A DNA stretch of 61,497 nucleotides from Acanthaster planci. Taxonomy: Eukaryota. The position numbers and the translations under genes are program-made. The notes beneath the pieces were generated by a model, which searched no databases, was not told where the DNA came from, and worked only from the letters and a program-made list of their open reading frames with translations. The stretch covers positions 2,539,599 through 2,601,095 of the forward strand of contig NW_019091360.1 of NCBI RefSeq assembly GCF_001949145.1, given 5' to 3'. Positions 1 through 13,480 of this stretch are shown here, piece by piece. How positions within the stretch are numbered: position 1 is the stretch's first letter; every line of letters begins with the position of its first letter.

Positions 1-1012
1 TTTGATACCACTTGATGATGTTTGTTAACTCTGGCATTAACTACATCTCACGCCTTGCAGGCCTTTTCCTTGCCTTCGAGTTAACCAAGGTTACTGTGAA
101 GTCACTTGTTTTCCCCACGAACATCGACGTTTCCAATGCATTTGTTTTTTTTACAAAATACGCACGCATCCGGAAAGATGTGATTGTGATAACCAATCGT
201 AAGACAAGGAACAGGAAAAATAAAAAAGTGCTCATTTTATTTATCAATTAAAACTTTCTAGAATAAAGATGGCGCAATATTCTCAAGAGCGACTCAGGTT
301 TTCAGTTATGACGTGTACTACATGACCGATTGGACATGTGTACAATGTACACATCATTTTTTGACGTCTAAACTCACCTTCACAACAATTTCAAGCGTAA
401 TGTCTCGAAAAAGAAGTCCTTTAGTGTGTTTATGAAATTCTACACTAGAATGAGCTCTGCAATTTAGTAGTTTCACGGGATGACCATGCACGGGTTTGGT
501 TAAGTAAAGTTATCCATAATGTGCTCTATAAGACTAAGTGCACAGAACATTTGGACAAAAAAGAAAAGAAACTGATAATTCTAGGAAATTAATCCACCTT
601 CAATTTTTTTAGTATTTATTTTAAGCATAACATTAAAGTGAAATACATGGGCTGCTTTCAAATTTCCTCGGGGTTGTCGAAGTAAAATCTTACTTTTCAC
701 CTTTTTGATCCACCAGTTGTCGATTTGGTTGTCACATGTTTAAGATAACACTTCGCTTTGAGAGGAAGAACCGTACTCGGCGACAAACAGCCATGGCATG
801 CCAATTTAGTTATGTGTATTTCCATTTGGAATGTATTAGAAAGTCTACCGGTTTGTTTCAATGTTACAGTATACACTGTTCAAGTGGATAAAATATGTAA
901 TGTTAGTCTTATACTTATCAAACTAAACATCAAGAAAGTTTGTGTGATGCATGGCCTGTTCTCTCAATAATTTAAATTAAGACTACGACATTTGTACGAG
1001 TAAAAAGCTCAC

Positions 1013-1477
1013 TTCCCCCGTGTCCTTGCTTTAGCCACGAGAACCATGCATGGCTGGAGGTAGGAATGGGAAAGCATACCGACAAAGACCTTGGAAGACA
1101 AATCGTCGGATGGCAAATACTCATCAAAAGATGCTAAAAAATCGCATGAAGGGAGAAAACCAGCTTACCAAACTTGTACTTAGTCATTGGCCGTTCCATG
1201 CTGTGCGACTTTGGAAATTGTCTTCAGGAAATCAGATTGGTTTGGGATCGTCAGAAGTCGCCCCTGTTCGCGCGTGCAAGGTGAGGGTCGTACCGGTGCT
1301 AAGGGTCTGTCCTAGTCTTAGCCCTCGATGTCACAATAGAGGCAATTCTCAAGCCCCCACCATACCGAGTTGCATCCTGGGTTGTTATTCCCCCATTCGG
1401 CGCAGGCAGGAAGCAGCTTCACAGTGCGCCAATCAGTACCGGTCCAGTGCACCCTGGTCAGGCAAAGGGGGGAATTT
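1013..1477 (-). other. two putative exons (1477-1169 and 1089-1013) of a probably non-coding or UTR transcript
   Basis: Minus strand: ctcctacag|exon|gtaagc, then a 79-nt GT-AG intron ending gtcttccaag, then an exon ending |gtgagc. The larger exon has stops in all three frames. Confidence 0.4.
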
Positions 1478-4149
1478 CTGTAGGAGGACATGTGAGGTCA
1501 CGGCTGGTGTAAAGAACTTTCAAAAAATTGTTCCTTCGTTGTTACAGACCACAAACTTTTCTTCAAAACATGAATCATTAGGGAACAAAAACGTCAGTCC
1601 GTCTAAACCCTAATTGGACCCCAATGCTTGAATTAGGAATAAAAGCTTGGTATTATTTTGTTGGTTCCACGTTCCCCTCTTTCATTACACGCATCTCCCC
1701 TGTACAGACTAGTCCATTTCAAGCCATTCCACTAGTTACGTAATCATTTCTTTATCGAGGAGCTTGCAATTTGCATTTTTGAGGTCACTGACATCATGGT
1801 GAATAGCCGGCCCAAGGCCACTGCAATATCTCTGACAATACGATGGATAGACGTAGCTCAAGGCGCCCGTGATACTTCATTATGGTTCAACTATTACGTA
1901 ACTGCATTAATAACGTTCACTGCGTAGAATACAGATCATTTCATGGAGACTTGGAATTTGTCCGTGCAAATAGCAAGAAAGGCTCCATGGTGGCATTTGC
2001 TGTCACCTCATTCACTCACGCAATAACCTTCTGGTCTTTTTCATATGGATTTATGGGAAATTTTCTGTTCAATATTTTGAAGGAAAGGACGTTTTCGGGC
2101 AAATTGTTCTATGAAAAAAATGTTCGGAAATTCCATAATAGGATGGAATGGTAGCTCGTGGTGGTCAAAGAGTATAACAGCAGATGGTCTGTGGTTACTG
2201 AGAGTAGTTGGTGGTCATTGGAAGTGCCAAGTGGTCAAAGCGTAGCATATAAGACAGCAGCTTTTGGTCAAATCGTCGGTGTTTTGGCAAAGTGACAAAA
2301 ACCCATGTAATGCAAAACAGACATTCCAAGATAAACGCATTTGAAAAGACTCCCCATTCTGACACATTTTCGACTACATGTACTTTGTTTTTACGGATTT
2401 CGGAGATATTATGCACACTGGCAGTCATTGCTGATCCACACTCGGTTGCAGAAATATTATTTCATTTAAACTGTACAGCTGTTTCAACTTCGTGAAAACA
2501 GCAAATCCTTGAGGTCTTATTTTCTCTTTTAAATTATACGTACTTTTTGTCACTTCGTGGAAACAGAGAAACACAGAGACTGAGCTTTTTGCCAAATGTT
2601 TGTTGACGACCAATATGAAAACAAAAAACTTTTTGATTTGAAACTCTACCAAGTTGTACTATGCATCAAATGTACTTAAATGGCAGGAAAGACAGTGATA
2701 ATTTTTTTTTATTATCCTGGTTTTTCTCACTTCATGAAAACACACAAGAAATAGCAGCCGTCGATGAGAGAGTAGATGTTGGTCAAACTGCGTCTGTTGG
2801 CATGTGCGTTTATAATCCTGGGGGATGGGGGTATATATTTCCCCACTTGTATTCAAAAACGGAGAATTAAACTAAAAGAACAGAAACATGACTACAGTGT
2901 TTAAAGGCAACGTTCAGTAGGATCAGAGTGTGCTGCACATTGCAATAGTGCATGTGAATCATGATTATCGCCTCCTGGTGGTGGGTGTCCCCAACAACCC
3001 CCCATGGTTCCCATCTTAACTTTACGCCACTGGCTGTTTGCCAAAGAAAGAGCAGTAAAAGATTAGCTGATGTTTAAAAGTAGATGTTGGTCAGAGACTT
3101 AAGAATAGCTGCTGGTCAGGAATGTTGTTATATTTTGATCACATTGTTCAACTAAGACCAAAATTTGCTAAAGATCACTTTCCCCCTTTTTTCCTGTAAT
3201 TGTAAATTTATCATTTTATTTAGCAAATGTATCTTACGCTGTCTACGCATTTTTACCCCATTTTTATACATTTTAGTCGGCCGACCGACTATCAAGGTAG
3301 AAACAAGAGAGAGAGGGACAGAGAGAGACAAAAAATTAAATGAATAAATGAAATAAAATAAAATAAACGGGACACCTTGATTTGACAGACGTGGCTAAAA
3401 TTCACAAGATTGCCCGAAGAAAAATTTACAAATTTGATTATAGAGGGCGTATCGTCAGTCTCCCATTTTCCCCACATCGGACATTCAACCAAAGTTTGGT
3501 TCGCGAATGGGAAATGTGTTCAATTTTGAGTTGTATCGCGGCCAAGATTTTGAATTTGCTACGTCACAATAGCCGTTTTTGCAAAACACTAAATATTAAA
3601 ATACTTGCACTAAATGCTAAATAACTGATGCCTCCCAATCTAATACTGATCTTGCAACATATGCATTTTGAGAGGAAAATTATTACACGCAGCTAAGAGT
3701 GAATTTTCTGCGAACTTTGACCATCCATTTGTTTGCTTTTGTTTAACATGGAAACCTCCTTCGTGCATCACCACCCTGTGTCTCATCTTTTTAAATTAAC
3801 GCAACTGCCTAGAGTGGAAGCTTCAATTATGTTGATAAAACTTTTAGACAATAAATTTGAAATAGGGCCTATGTTACTAAGTCAAACATACTGACAATCT
3901 CTATTTGATTTACAAAGGATTGTATTTTAGCCTTCTCTGTTTTAAAAAGTTTGTTTACACGGATAACTTTCAAGATGATTGGAAAATCGTCTTAACAGAA
4001 TGTGCTCGAAGTCTGTAAGTTTTGATTGTTAATTCTTCCATGGAGGTAGAATGATTCTTCCAGCACATTCTGTAAAGGCTCGAAAAAGTTGCCTCGAGCA
4101 TCTTAAAAACTTGCTACAAAATGAGAGTAGGTAAATAATCCGAGGTTTG

Positions 4150-4600
4150 AATATCAAGAGGGCGCTATAGCATTCGCCAAAAACCTTTTTATTTGGGATC
4201 ACCTCCGTCCGGTTCGCGAAAGGGAAAGTATACTCGATTGGGGTATGTTTCCACGGTACTTCGCATGCGCGCTGTGCATGTGGCGGAATTTTTGACCGTG
4301 GCGAATTTGGAGCATGGAGTATGGTTGGAGGAAATTTTAGGCAACAAATTTGAAATATCCCTGCAAGACAGGTACGTAGACAAAGTATGGATCATTTATA
4401 AAGCAAACTTGGTCAAGGCAATTATCAGGCAGGCTTATGTTCATTCTTTACCTGAGCAGCTACGCCGTCGCCGTACACTGTTGTGTTGTGATGTCCGGAA
4501 ATTAGGCACAAAATAGGAATGTAATTAACGGTACGCGGGTTCCCTAACGTGACGCGTGCGTGGCGTGGCGCGGCGCACTTTCAACAATTAACGAACCCTC
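4150..4600 (+). promoter_or_regulatory. CpG-rich candidate promoter / first exon at the left edge of the TE domain
   Basis: Local CpG excess (cgcatgcgcg, gacgcgtgcgtggcgtggcgcggcgc), CTCF-like AGAGGGCGCT at 4157, CCGGAA at ~4495, possible donor ACG|GTACGC at 4531. Confidence 0.4.
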
Positions 4601-7600
4601 GTATTCATAGGCCCTATGTGTGATTCATTTTGAAATTAACAGATGCATCTGTATCCAAAAGTTAGCTAAGCATCCGGGGGAAACATCACACCAACTTGTT
4701 TTGTTGTGCATCTCATGTGAGGTCATATGGAGGTTGGTCATGTCAGATTGTGTTTCCAGTCCTTATCTGATCCTACTTCTTAGGCCTACTCTGTTTCATT
4801 AAAACACCACGTAGCCTCACTACCTTATCATTTTGGAATTATTTAAGCCTATAATAAAAATGGGAAGAGTTCTACATAGAAACGCTAGTATTCCCTACAG
4901 TATTACTAGCTGTCAGAAAGCAAAAACACATTGAGAAAAGTTCAATTTTACGCGTCGGAGGGAAAAACCAAGGTCGTTAGGCCTACTTGGAAAACAGAAT
5001 TTTTCATAGGGTTGGTGTACAGGGTGTCCATTGGCACTCTTTCCATGATGTCAATGTTACATAATGCCAGTGGCTATGATTAAAGATGCTGTAATTTGTA
5101 AGTGTACATGTAACATGACTTCCAAATTCTGTAGTTATAACACTATACATCAAGCATTGCCTATCTACAGGTATATGTTTTAGGCATTAAAGTCATAGAT
5201 TTGTATCTGAAACATTTTAAAAACTAATTAGGCCTAGGCTGTTTTTAATTTTTCATAGGCCTACATCGCGGTAGGCCCTATTGAATTTTTTTTATAGATG
5301 ATACTTGCATTATTTTTTCACCATGTTCCTCCATGGTTTCACAAGTTCTGTCTGTAAAAGTTCAAGGTCAAGAAGTGAAATGTCAAAACAGTTTTTCTTC
5401 AGGTCAAGCCTACTGTACATCCTGTCCATGGAGTTATTTAATCACATAACATTAGTCAAAACTCTAAAAGAAAAAAATAACAGATATCGAACATACATGT
5501 ATGTGAGGAAAAGCTGCTTTTCCCCATTGGTCTGCTCCAAGTCCATACAAACTGACAGGCCAATCACATCATTCAACAGGGTCAAAAGGTTTGTACAGTA
5601 GCACCTCATTCATACATGTATGCTTTTTTTAAAGGACTGGGTGTATGATTTGGCTAGGCAAATGATTTGTGACACTTGTTGAGTCATGAAGTGCCTTTTG
5701 TGTAGAAATAATGAAAAAAAATGTAAATAATGAAACTTCTCGGCGGCAGGTTTTGTGGTACACCGATGGTGAACACAAATCTGTGACTTCCATTCCACTA
5801 ATGTGATGTGCAAAACTGAAACCTCATAGTATATGTATACCGGGACTACCAGTACATTTACATGTACGTACCAATTCTGTACCAAGTTGCTTCCATAAAT
5901 GTACATGTACCGTTCGTAGTCATCCATGGGGTGTTTACATACTAGGTACATGTATAAGAAGACAGCCTACAGTAATGATGTCATAGTGAAAGATATGAAT
6001 ACTTGTACTTGATACGTGTACATGCGCACTTATTTGGTATGCCCAAACTGTCTATTTTAAAGCTGTCCCTACAGTAGAGGTTGTGTATATTTCATTCCAA
6101 ACTTGCATGAGGCACGTGCAGCGTCTGCATACCCATTCATTGAAACTTGACCAGAGTTCCAGGAACACCATGGGCATGCATACCCACTGAATGCAGCGAA
6201 CTGTCTAAAACTCAAATCTATCACACAGCCTGAATGCAAGACTACCATCTCAGTCTAGTTCCTGATTGCAGTGATAGCAAAGGTACAGCAGAAACTGGCC
6301 ACAACCCTACTTGTGCATGTTTTTATTCAAAAATCTTTTGTTTACATGTAGCATTACAACTTCAGTTAAAATAAGGGAAAAAAAACAATAAAACAAGGAA
6401 GTGACTGCTTAATAAAGGACAAGGCTTCAGAAAAGGATGAAAAGGTGGCTTTCTGTCACACTATTTTATGTACCTTCGAACCTTCTACCTCCAGGCTCCA
6501 CCGGGGCTGTTGATTTTTGCAACCATCTTGCAAATGAATTTCAGTGAACAAGGCTTTAAAAATTTGCACAAAGAGGTCTTTGCGAACGGGCTGAATTTAA
6601 CATACCTTTATGTATTTTGTTTCTTGACTCCTTACTTTCAATCATCTGATCGTATTAAGAATTGAAGCTGACACATACAGCCTCGTTTTCAAATGCAGAA
6701 GTGCGCAGATCGACGCTAAAAGTGTCGTGTTGGGATCCCTCTATGGAATAGCAAGGAGCTAGAAACCCGGTCATTTTGTGCTTCATTTGCTTTGCTCAGT
6801 CAAGTGCTTTGCTGCATCCTATAAAGTTCAGGTGTTTTTTCCCAGGCAGACCCTGTGGCATCTCTGCATCAAAGGTTATATTTAAAATATTTGAAAACTG
6901 GTTTTCAAAATATATACTAAAACACTTTTTTTAATGAGGGGAAACAAAAATTGAGATCCATTTGTTACAGATCCGTCTGGTTTCTCATTGCACTGCTCCA
7001 GATCGGTGCAGTAGAAATAGACAGCAACCGTACAAAAGTGCTGAACATATGTAACTCTAGCCACAGTGTGTAAGTTAACGTCCATGACTGCAGGGCTAAG
7101 TCAAATCAAGTAATTGAACTTTTGAATATTTGACTTTCCTTTCAATCAACTATTTGAGTGGTTGGTCATACTGTACGCCAGATTTTTAATGAACAAGGCA
7201 TGAACAGAGGCAGTTTTATTAATGTACACAACTGCACATTTTACATGTAATCACTACAGTGGCTTCGTTACTTTTATGATATTGCCAGTATTGATTTAGC
7301 AAAGCTTTAAATACACATGCAGTGAGATATACCTGTCGAGAATGTTTTTAATTTTCCAACGAAAAGAATAGTCAGTTGCAATGATTACGATTTTGTAACA
7401 CATATTCTGCAGCTCCGGTGATAGCTGCTATACCAAACACCGCTGTAACGAATAATTGGGTGTACGGAATACATCCCATGGTTCCGAATTTCCTATGCAC
7501 TGTTACCGAACATTAAGCAAAAAAAATGTATTCTTGACTGATGATAATTAGTCAAAAGTTGAGGAGAATCTTACTTATGAAGGAACAATGGTCAACACTT

Positions 7601-8061
7601 GGCGTGGTCCCTATCGTTTGTAGCAGTGGGAACTAGTGTAACAGCACTTGAGGTTTCATGTGATTTTAAGCAGTGACTCAAGGAAAACTCGTGAGAAACT
7701 TTATTTAATTTTGACGTTTGACTGTCTGTTGCTGGGGATTAGTGGAGCTTTCCTTGTGCGACTGCATTGATTGCATCATCGTAATATTCTGGTTTTAATA
7801 ATAATATGTGATATCGATATGATAAGATTATTCTAATCATGAAAAAATGTTGGGATAAAAAACATCTCCATGTCACAGTTTGTGGTCGCTGAGAGATTGC
7901 TTACATTCCCTATTTTATATTTGATTTCCAGTTGAAATATTGTCTTGAACGTTTAATCAAAATTTATTTCAAAGAAGTTGTAATCAATACATTTAACACT
8001 GCAAAAGAATGTTGACTTGCACATTCATGACTTTAATTTCTTTTCTTTAACATTATTCCAG

Positions 8062-8167
8062 GGTGCCTTCTATCTTTTGCCTTTGGGCATATTAGCTAAG
8101 GATGGAGAGATCACCATGAGAAGAGATGAAACCAGAGGAGCAAGGAGTGAAAGAAGGCTGTTAGGAG
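8062..8167 (+). other. putative internal exon (106 nt) of a plus-strand transcript
   Basis: Pyrimidine tract ttttctttaacattattccag|, purine-rich body, strong donor GAG|GTGAGT. No recognisable protein. Confidence 0.5.
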
Positions 8168-9199
8168 GTGAGTTACCAACCCATTTTCTTTCTTGCCAGA
8201 AACGTTTTGTGCCACATGTACATGTACCACACAGTAGGCCCTACATGTACATGTATTGTTTATGGAGAGAATCAATAATGTTTGGTGTATGTTAGGGTCT
8301 CACAATAGATCAGTCATGTTATAGTTGACTCTCACCAATGTGAGATGGGTAATAACGAGATCATGAATTTGACAACACACCCCGGTCCAGGTAGTGACAA
8401 AGCCTGTTTTCTTGAACAAAAGCTACAAATTTTTAGATGCTTAACTTTCCATTTCTATTTGGGCCCGGAGGAAAGGAGGTACACACGGAAACAGAAGTGC
8501 TACTTGGACATGACTACCCCCGTGGATTTTATTGAGTGTAAACTCTCATACATCGTGTAAACCAATAAACTTCACATCCAATAATTACAACACAAGTTAT
8601 CAGAATCATTTTTGCTTGATCAAACATTTTGATTGTTTGCATTAACAACGTTATCATAAACATGACAACATCCGCAAACAGCAGTTACATTGTAGTTAAC
8701 TTCTAAAAACCTTATAACAGTTGAATTTGAGATTTATATGTGTTTTACATGTGACTTACAAGTGATTTACATGCATGAATAATAAATGAGTACATGTTTA
8801 TGGTACTAAAAACAGGTCAAAATGCCATTTTTCTCTGGTCAACAAAAGTTATACGGCCCGTCTTACCCCTCAGGCTACAAGGGGAGCCCCAGCAGGGAAA
8901 AACACCAAGGCTGGGGTTGGCAAGGATCTATTTTCTCATAAAGAAACTGCCAAGCAATTTCCCAACTCAGGGAATTGCCAATCCTCCCTCCATATGGGCA
9001 AAGCCAAGCACATTGGATGAAAGGAAAAGAAAAACTAGGTTTGTCTGTCTGAACTCTGATGGACATAGCGAAGGGCTTTTTCGGATATTTATTTTTTTTT
9101 CTTAAGAAAAGGGCATCCCTTCATTTGAGATACTATCACACATGGATTTCTCACTTCTTCCCAAAGTTTCTAGTAATATTTTTGGTGACCTCATTGTGA

Positions 9200-10610
9200 C
9201 AAAAAATTCAAACCCTTGAGGATATAACGAATTAAAGTTTATATCCTTTAACTGTACATCATGTCATCTTGTCTATAACACTTCCCATTCTAGCTTTCTA
9301 GCAAATTTCAAAGCAATAAAACATGTAGTTCACAAGATATAGGCTCATACAGAATGTACCTTTAATGCCGTGACTTGTCTCCTGATGACGTCATCATCTC
9401 ATCAGATCATTGTTTGTCTAAAGCACTCCACTTCCACGATACATGTATCTGCAAGATTTGAAACCGATCGCACTTGCACTTCACCAGATATACTGCTTTG
9501 ACGAGTGTACCTTTAACCCTAACAGTCCTCAGTCCTCCAACAGGTGAAGGTTTGAGGAGTATTAGGGTTAATGTTACGTGATGGGGTCCTCTGATGACGT
9601 CATCATCACATGAGGTCAATTTTGTCTATAACACTTCCCTTTGTAAATATCTGCCCAAGTTTCAACCCAATTGGACATGTACTTCAGAAGATATACATGC
9701 ACTGAATGGTAGTACTGGTACTTTAAAGGATGCACCTTTAATGTCACGTGAATCATCATATGACATTATCATCATATGAGGTGAATCTCCGTTTATAAAC
9801 CTTCCCTTTCTGACTATCTGCAAGGTTTCAGTGCAATTAGACATGTACTGCGCTGCCTACATGTATGTTATAGGCAGATATTGTGCGTCCACGCACAAAG
9901 TAGCCAATGCACAGTATGCGAATAGGATAAATTTTCGAGTTCACAAATATTGTGAGGGGGTTAATTCACGCTTTTGTCTTTACGGTTGATTTTACTGCAC
10001 TTTTAAGAGGAAAAGGACTTTTTATTGAAACTTTTTTACTTCAACGTCATCAGCCCCAAACTTCACAAATGTGTTGAATGGGTAAATATCATTAGATCCA
10101 ATTTTCAGGGGATTCCAAGAAACTTTGCCACAGACATCTATTCAAAATTCATTTTTTTCAGAATTTTCAACCTGTTGCTAGAGGGCGCTTGACAATTTCG
10201 TGACATCACCAGTAGGTGTTTTGAAGTGTACAGTACCCAAAGCGACTAACACCGATGAAAACAAGTCAATATCTTTTAGCACTTTTAAACAGTAAGCTCA
10301 CTTCCGGTTTCGAAGGGAAGAAAGGGTCACGTGATTTGACCTACACAAGATGAATTAAAGACCACATTTTACTCTGCCACTTGCTGCAAACAGAATGCTG
10401 CAGGCGGGAGGCCAAGCTAGATTTTCTATGGATTTAAAAAAACGTATCATAATATTTAAATATTCAAAATTTAAAAATAAACCACTTGATAACGTCATCA
10501 TGACATAATTACATGTACATGTATTTTAGTACTATTTTTGCTTTAAGGTCTGTGCTTGGTATGCCATTGATGCCGATCGAACTTCGCTTAGTTATGTGAC
10601 TTTAACTACA
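9200..10610. repeat. old interspersed repeat with internal degenerate units; 10133-10365 is homologous to 51077-51335
   Basis: Recurrent tgatgacgtcatc and gtctataacacttccc modules. Both sites share agacatctatt...tttcaacctg(t/c)tgctagagggcg...cacttccggtttcga(a/c)gggaag...gtcacgtgattt. Confidence 0.6.
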
Positions 10611-10799
10611 TCCTGTTTCTAACTGTATTTACAATGTACATGTAAGTCCAGTATCCCGTATCCAGAATGCAGTAATAGTCTGTTTTTCAATTCTCCAATT
10701 CAGTCAACAGTTAGCTTACAATTCTATCGCAACCTTATCGGTCGTTCTTGCAAATAAAGTTGGTAACAACACTGAATCAATACTGACTTCTCATGACGA

Positions 10800-11450
10800 C
10801 CCTATAAGAGTTTAATTGGTGTTGGAGCAAGGCAGCATACACAAAGATTGCCAAACCTGCAGGGTGGTTGCATAGCGCACAGTTTACTGGTTGGTGGCGG
10901 ATGGTTTGCCTTTGCCGACTTTGCATGCAGCAAGTCTGTGTCCGACGGCATTGCATCCGAGGCATTGGTGCGCGTACTTGCATTGGGAATTTGGGCATGA
11001 AGATCGATTGCATGGGAAACACAAGCCTGTGCTGTAAATGGTTTGTTGAGGGAACCAACAAAAGGAACTCCCCGAATGTTTTGCCCCCCTGAGTGCCCCT
11101 TGAGCCTGCAACGTACACTGTATGTATTAGGGATTCTAGGTGCAGTCCTGTGAAGTGCCCATAGTTCCCCGTCAATTACTGCCCATGACCGAGTTGGGTG
11201 TGACTGCTGGTGCATTCTGAACTGCCTGTCATATTCAATCCAACCATGGCCGGGAAAGTGTGCTGCTGCTGTCCTGATGACATGCATGTACTTGACTCCT
11301 GCATGGGTGTGCTCTTAAAAATACTGATGCTAAACAAGAAAGGCATCAGTCCACGCTAGAATTGAGCTAATCTGAGACTTTCTCTTTGTGTCAAGGACCC
11401 GTAACTGCCCATTGTTATCCATAATGGAATGTTTTAAATTAGAAGTGGAA
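10800..11450 (-). mobile_element. DIRS/Ngaro-type retrotransposon gag-like remnant
   Basis: Frameshifted translation ISSILAWTDAFLV...YMHVIRTAAAHFPGHGWIEYDRQFR...WAVIDGELW, then Cys/His finger CFPCNRSSCPNSQCKYAHQCLGCNAVGHRLAAC. Matches the WxxYDxxFR gag of tyrosine-recombinase retroelements. Confidence 0.8.
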
Positions 11451-12074
11451 CCGGTTTAGGATTTGTGATAAAGCAGAGTTTCGAGCAATTAAGCAGAGGT
11501 TTGGGATCTGCGATTAAAGTCATCTACATGTACATGTACTTAAGAAAAATTATCGACAAACTGGTATTGATCATAATACTCGCATTTAATATCAGGCATG
11601 TCTAGATTTGTGTCAGTATCTGTTCTGGAATCAGTAAATGGCATATTGTATACCATTGGTCAGAATGTTCTCAACATGAAATTGATGAACATTTGTACTA
11701 ATTAGTCTCACTCATGAACATACATGGAATTGTAAATAAGGCTGTATACATGATCCTTGAACATGCTAAATGTACTTGTACCATACATCCAGATGCATGT
11801 GATTTCCCTCAGCAAATGGAGTTTAGACCTACATGATTGCTTACTTAGCTCCCACAACCAAGATCGTCTGGAATTTCTTCCTCCATGCTTCTGTCAGAAA
11901 ATAATTTTCTTATAAAAATAAACAAAACTATAGAGATTAGTGGAAACAAAGTTAGTGAATGAGTGGAATGGTGGAGCTGCTTGTTGCCTCACAACTTGCA
12001 CACCACTATTTATTCATTCCTCATCTAGTAATAAATTCTGAAAATCACAGAATTTAAACTTCACAATGTCTTGA

Positions 12075-12250
12075 TAATACGGTCAGTTTACAATAGTGCG
12101 CTTCCAATAGTTTGCAACGCAATGGCCAATCACCATGCTCAGAATCTGTCAACCCAACGCGCGTTTGGAAAGGGTCGACAGGTTTCTCGCTATGATTGGT
12201 CAACGCATTGCAAACTCCAGGAGGCGTACCATTGTGAATCGACCGCATTG
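12075..12250. repeat. ~175-bp fold-back palindrome (MITE-like)
   Basis: Arms acaatagtgcgcttccaatagtttgcaacgcaatggccaatca and tgattggtcaacgcattgcaaactccaggaggcgtaccattgt; inner agaatctgtcaaccc / gggtcgacaggtttct; centre aacgcgcgtt. Confidence 0.75.
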
Positions 12251-12289
12251 GACTTGTACATGATGATTTACTAGCTCAACTTCCCATGC

Positions 12290-13210
12290 TGTGGAAGGGA
12301 GCAAAGACGCTGCATGATCGCTTTTGATGTACACTGTAAGCGTTTTTTATCTGTCCGTCTGCTGTGCTGTGCAATTAGGTAAAAAAAAAAGATAGCAGAT
12401 GCACCTCCCAATCTAAGGCTGTGGAGGCCATAGCTAGGGATATCAGGAACAAATGGTTTTTAGTACTTCTACATGTACATAGTACGATATCCCAAGTTCT
12501 TGTGTACATGTAATTGACTCCACAATTCATCGGCGCCTGCCCAGTTTTGGATCACATGATTCTGTGAAGTACTAGTTGCGGCGAATCTACTGGGTCACCC
12601 ATGGCTGGGAAGTATCGCTCAGCAATTACCACCAGGCAGGATGGTTTAAATGTTCTACCAATAGTGATATCACTACATGTACATGTACCTTAGCGGAACT
12701 GGTCAGTTTTTGACTTGGTTAAATAGGTGATTAGCGTGTCCTCTAAAATAGTACAGTCCATTCTCTGGACATTGCTAATGTTGCTGAAATGTAGAAATCC
12801 AGTGTAGCAAATAAAGCAAGTGAATAGTATTCGTAGGTCATCCAGCCCCATGCATCGGAGTGCCCGCACGCTCTGTACAAGCTTGCCATTATCTCGGATG
12901 TTACAGGCTCTTTTCTCAGTGGAGTTGATGCTGTTAACCTCCTGTAGCCTTGTAGTGCCATCTTGACCAACAAGCTATCTGTAGGTGATGATACTCCAGC
13001 TAAACTATGAACCCAATTGACTACAGCTGATGCAGTGTCTGCTGCAGATTTTTGCATACTTCGGAGGAGTGAAGATACATATAGCGGCTCTATTGAAAAG
13101 ATTGGCACCCTGGTCTAGGAGGATGCCCACAACTCCCACTTTTTCCAGGAAGCACTGTATGTTTTCATAGTGGATGGCACTCTTGCTGACGTGAGTAACG
13201 TTGGAGAAGA
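12290..13210 (-). mobile_element. tyrosine recombinase pseudogene of a DIRS/Ngaro-type element
   Basis: ARVPSTMKTYSASWKKW, AVVNWVHSLAG..SPTDSLLVKMALQGYRR..RKEPVT, TGFL(H)FS where the catalytic R is expected, KSKTDQFR, YGLHSLRLGGAS (HxxR motif). Stops and frameshifts present. Confidence 0.85.
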
Positions 13211-13304
13211 TTGAGGGTGATGTGTCACAGGTTGGGGTCGCTGATGCTGTCGGAGAGCTTCATCCATTTATCTGGAATTCAGGAAAAGAACAACAAGAAA
13301 AGCA

Positions 13305-13480
13305 GCAAAGTTGCTTTCGATACCCGCAGTGGGGTGGGCATGAAAATTGACAGAGTAACCAGATTTGCTTCCAGTACCCAGAAATGGGATGGATATTGAA
13401 ATCAGGAAAGCGTCCAAAGTTGCTTTCAGTACCTGCAAATGGTGTATATATAGGTCAACAAAGCTGCCAACTGTGCTTTT
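13305..13480. repeat. diverged ~54-bp tandem repeat, about 3 copies
   Basis: Units begin aaagttgctttcgataccc (13308), agatttgcttccagtaccc (13361) and aaagttgctttcagtacct (13416). Confidence 0.55.

Noticed and set aside
1050..1613. 187-aa plus-strand ORF
   Set aside because: No recognisable domain, and splice signals favour the opposite strand.
12290..13210. Phage integrase or horizontal transfer from bacteria
   Set aside because: Motifs and the adjacent WxxYDxxFR gag fit eukaryotic DIRS/Ngaro recombinases, and no prokaryotic genes are nearby.
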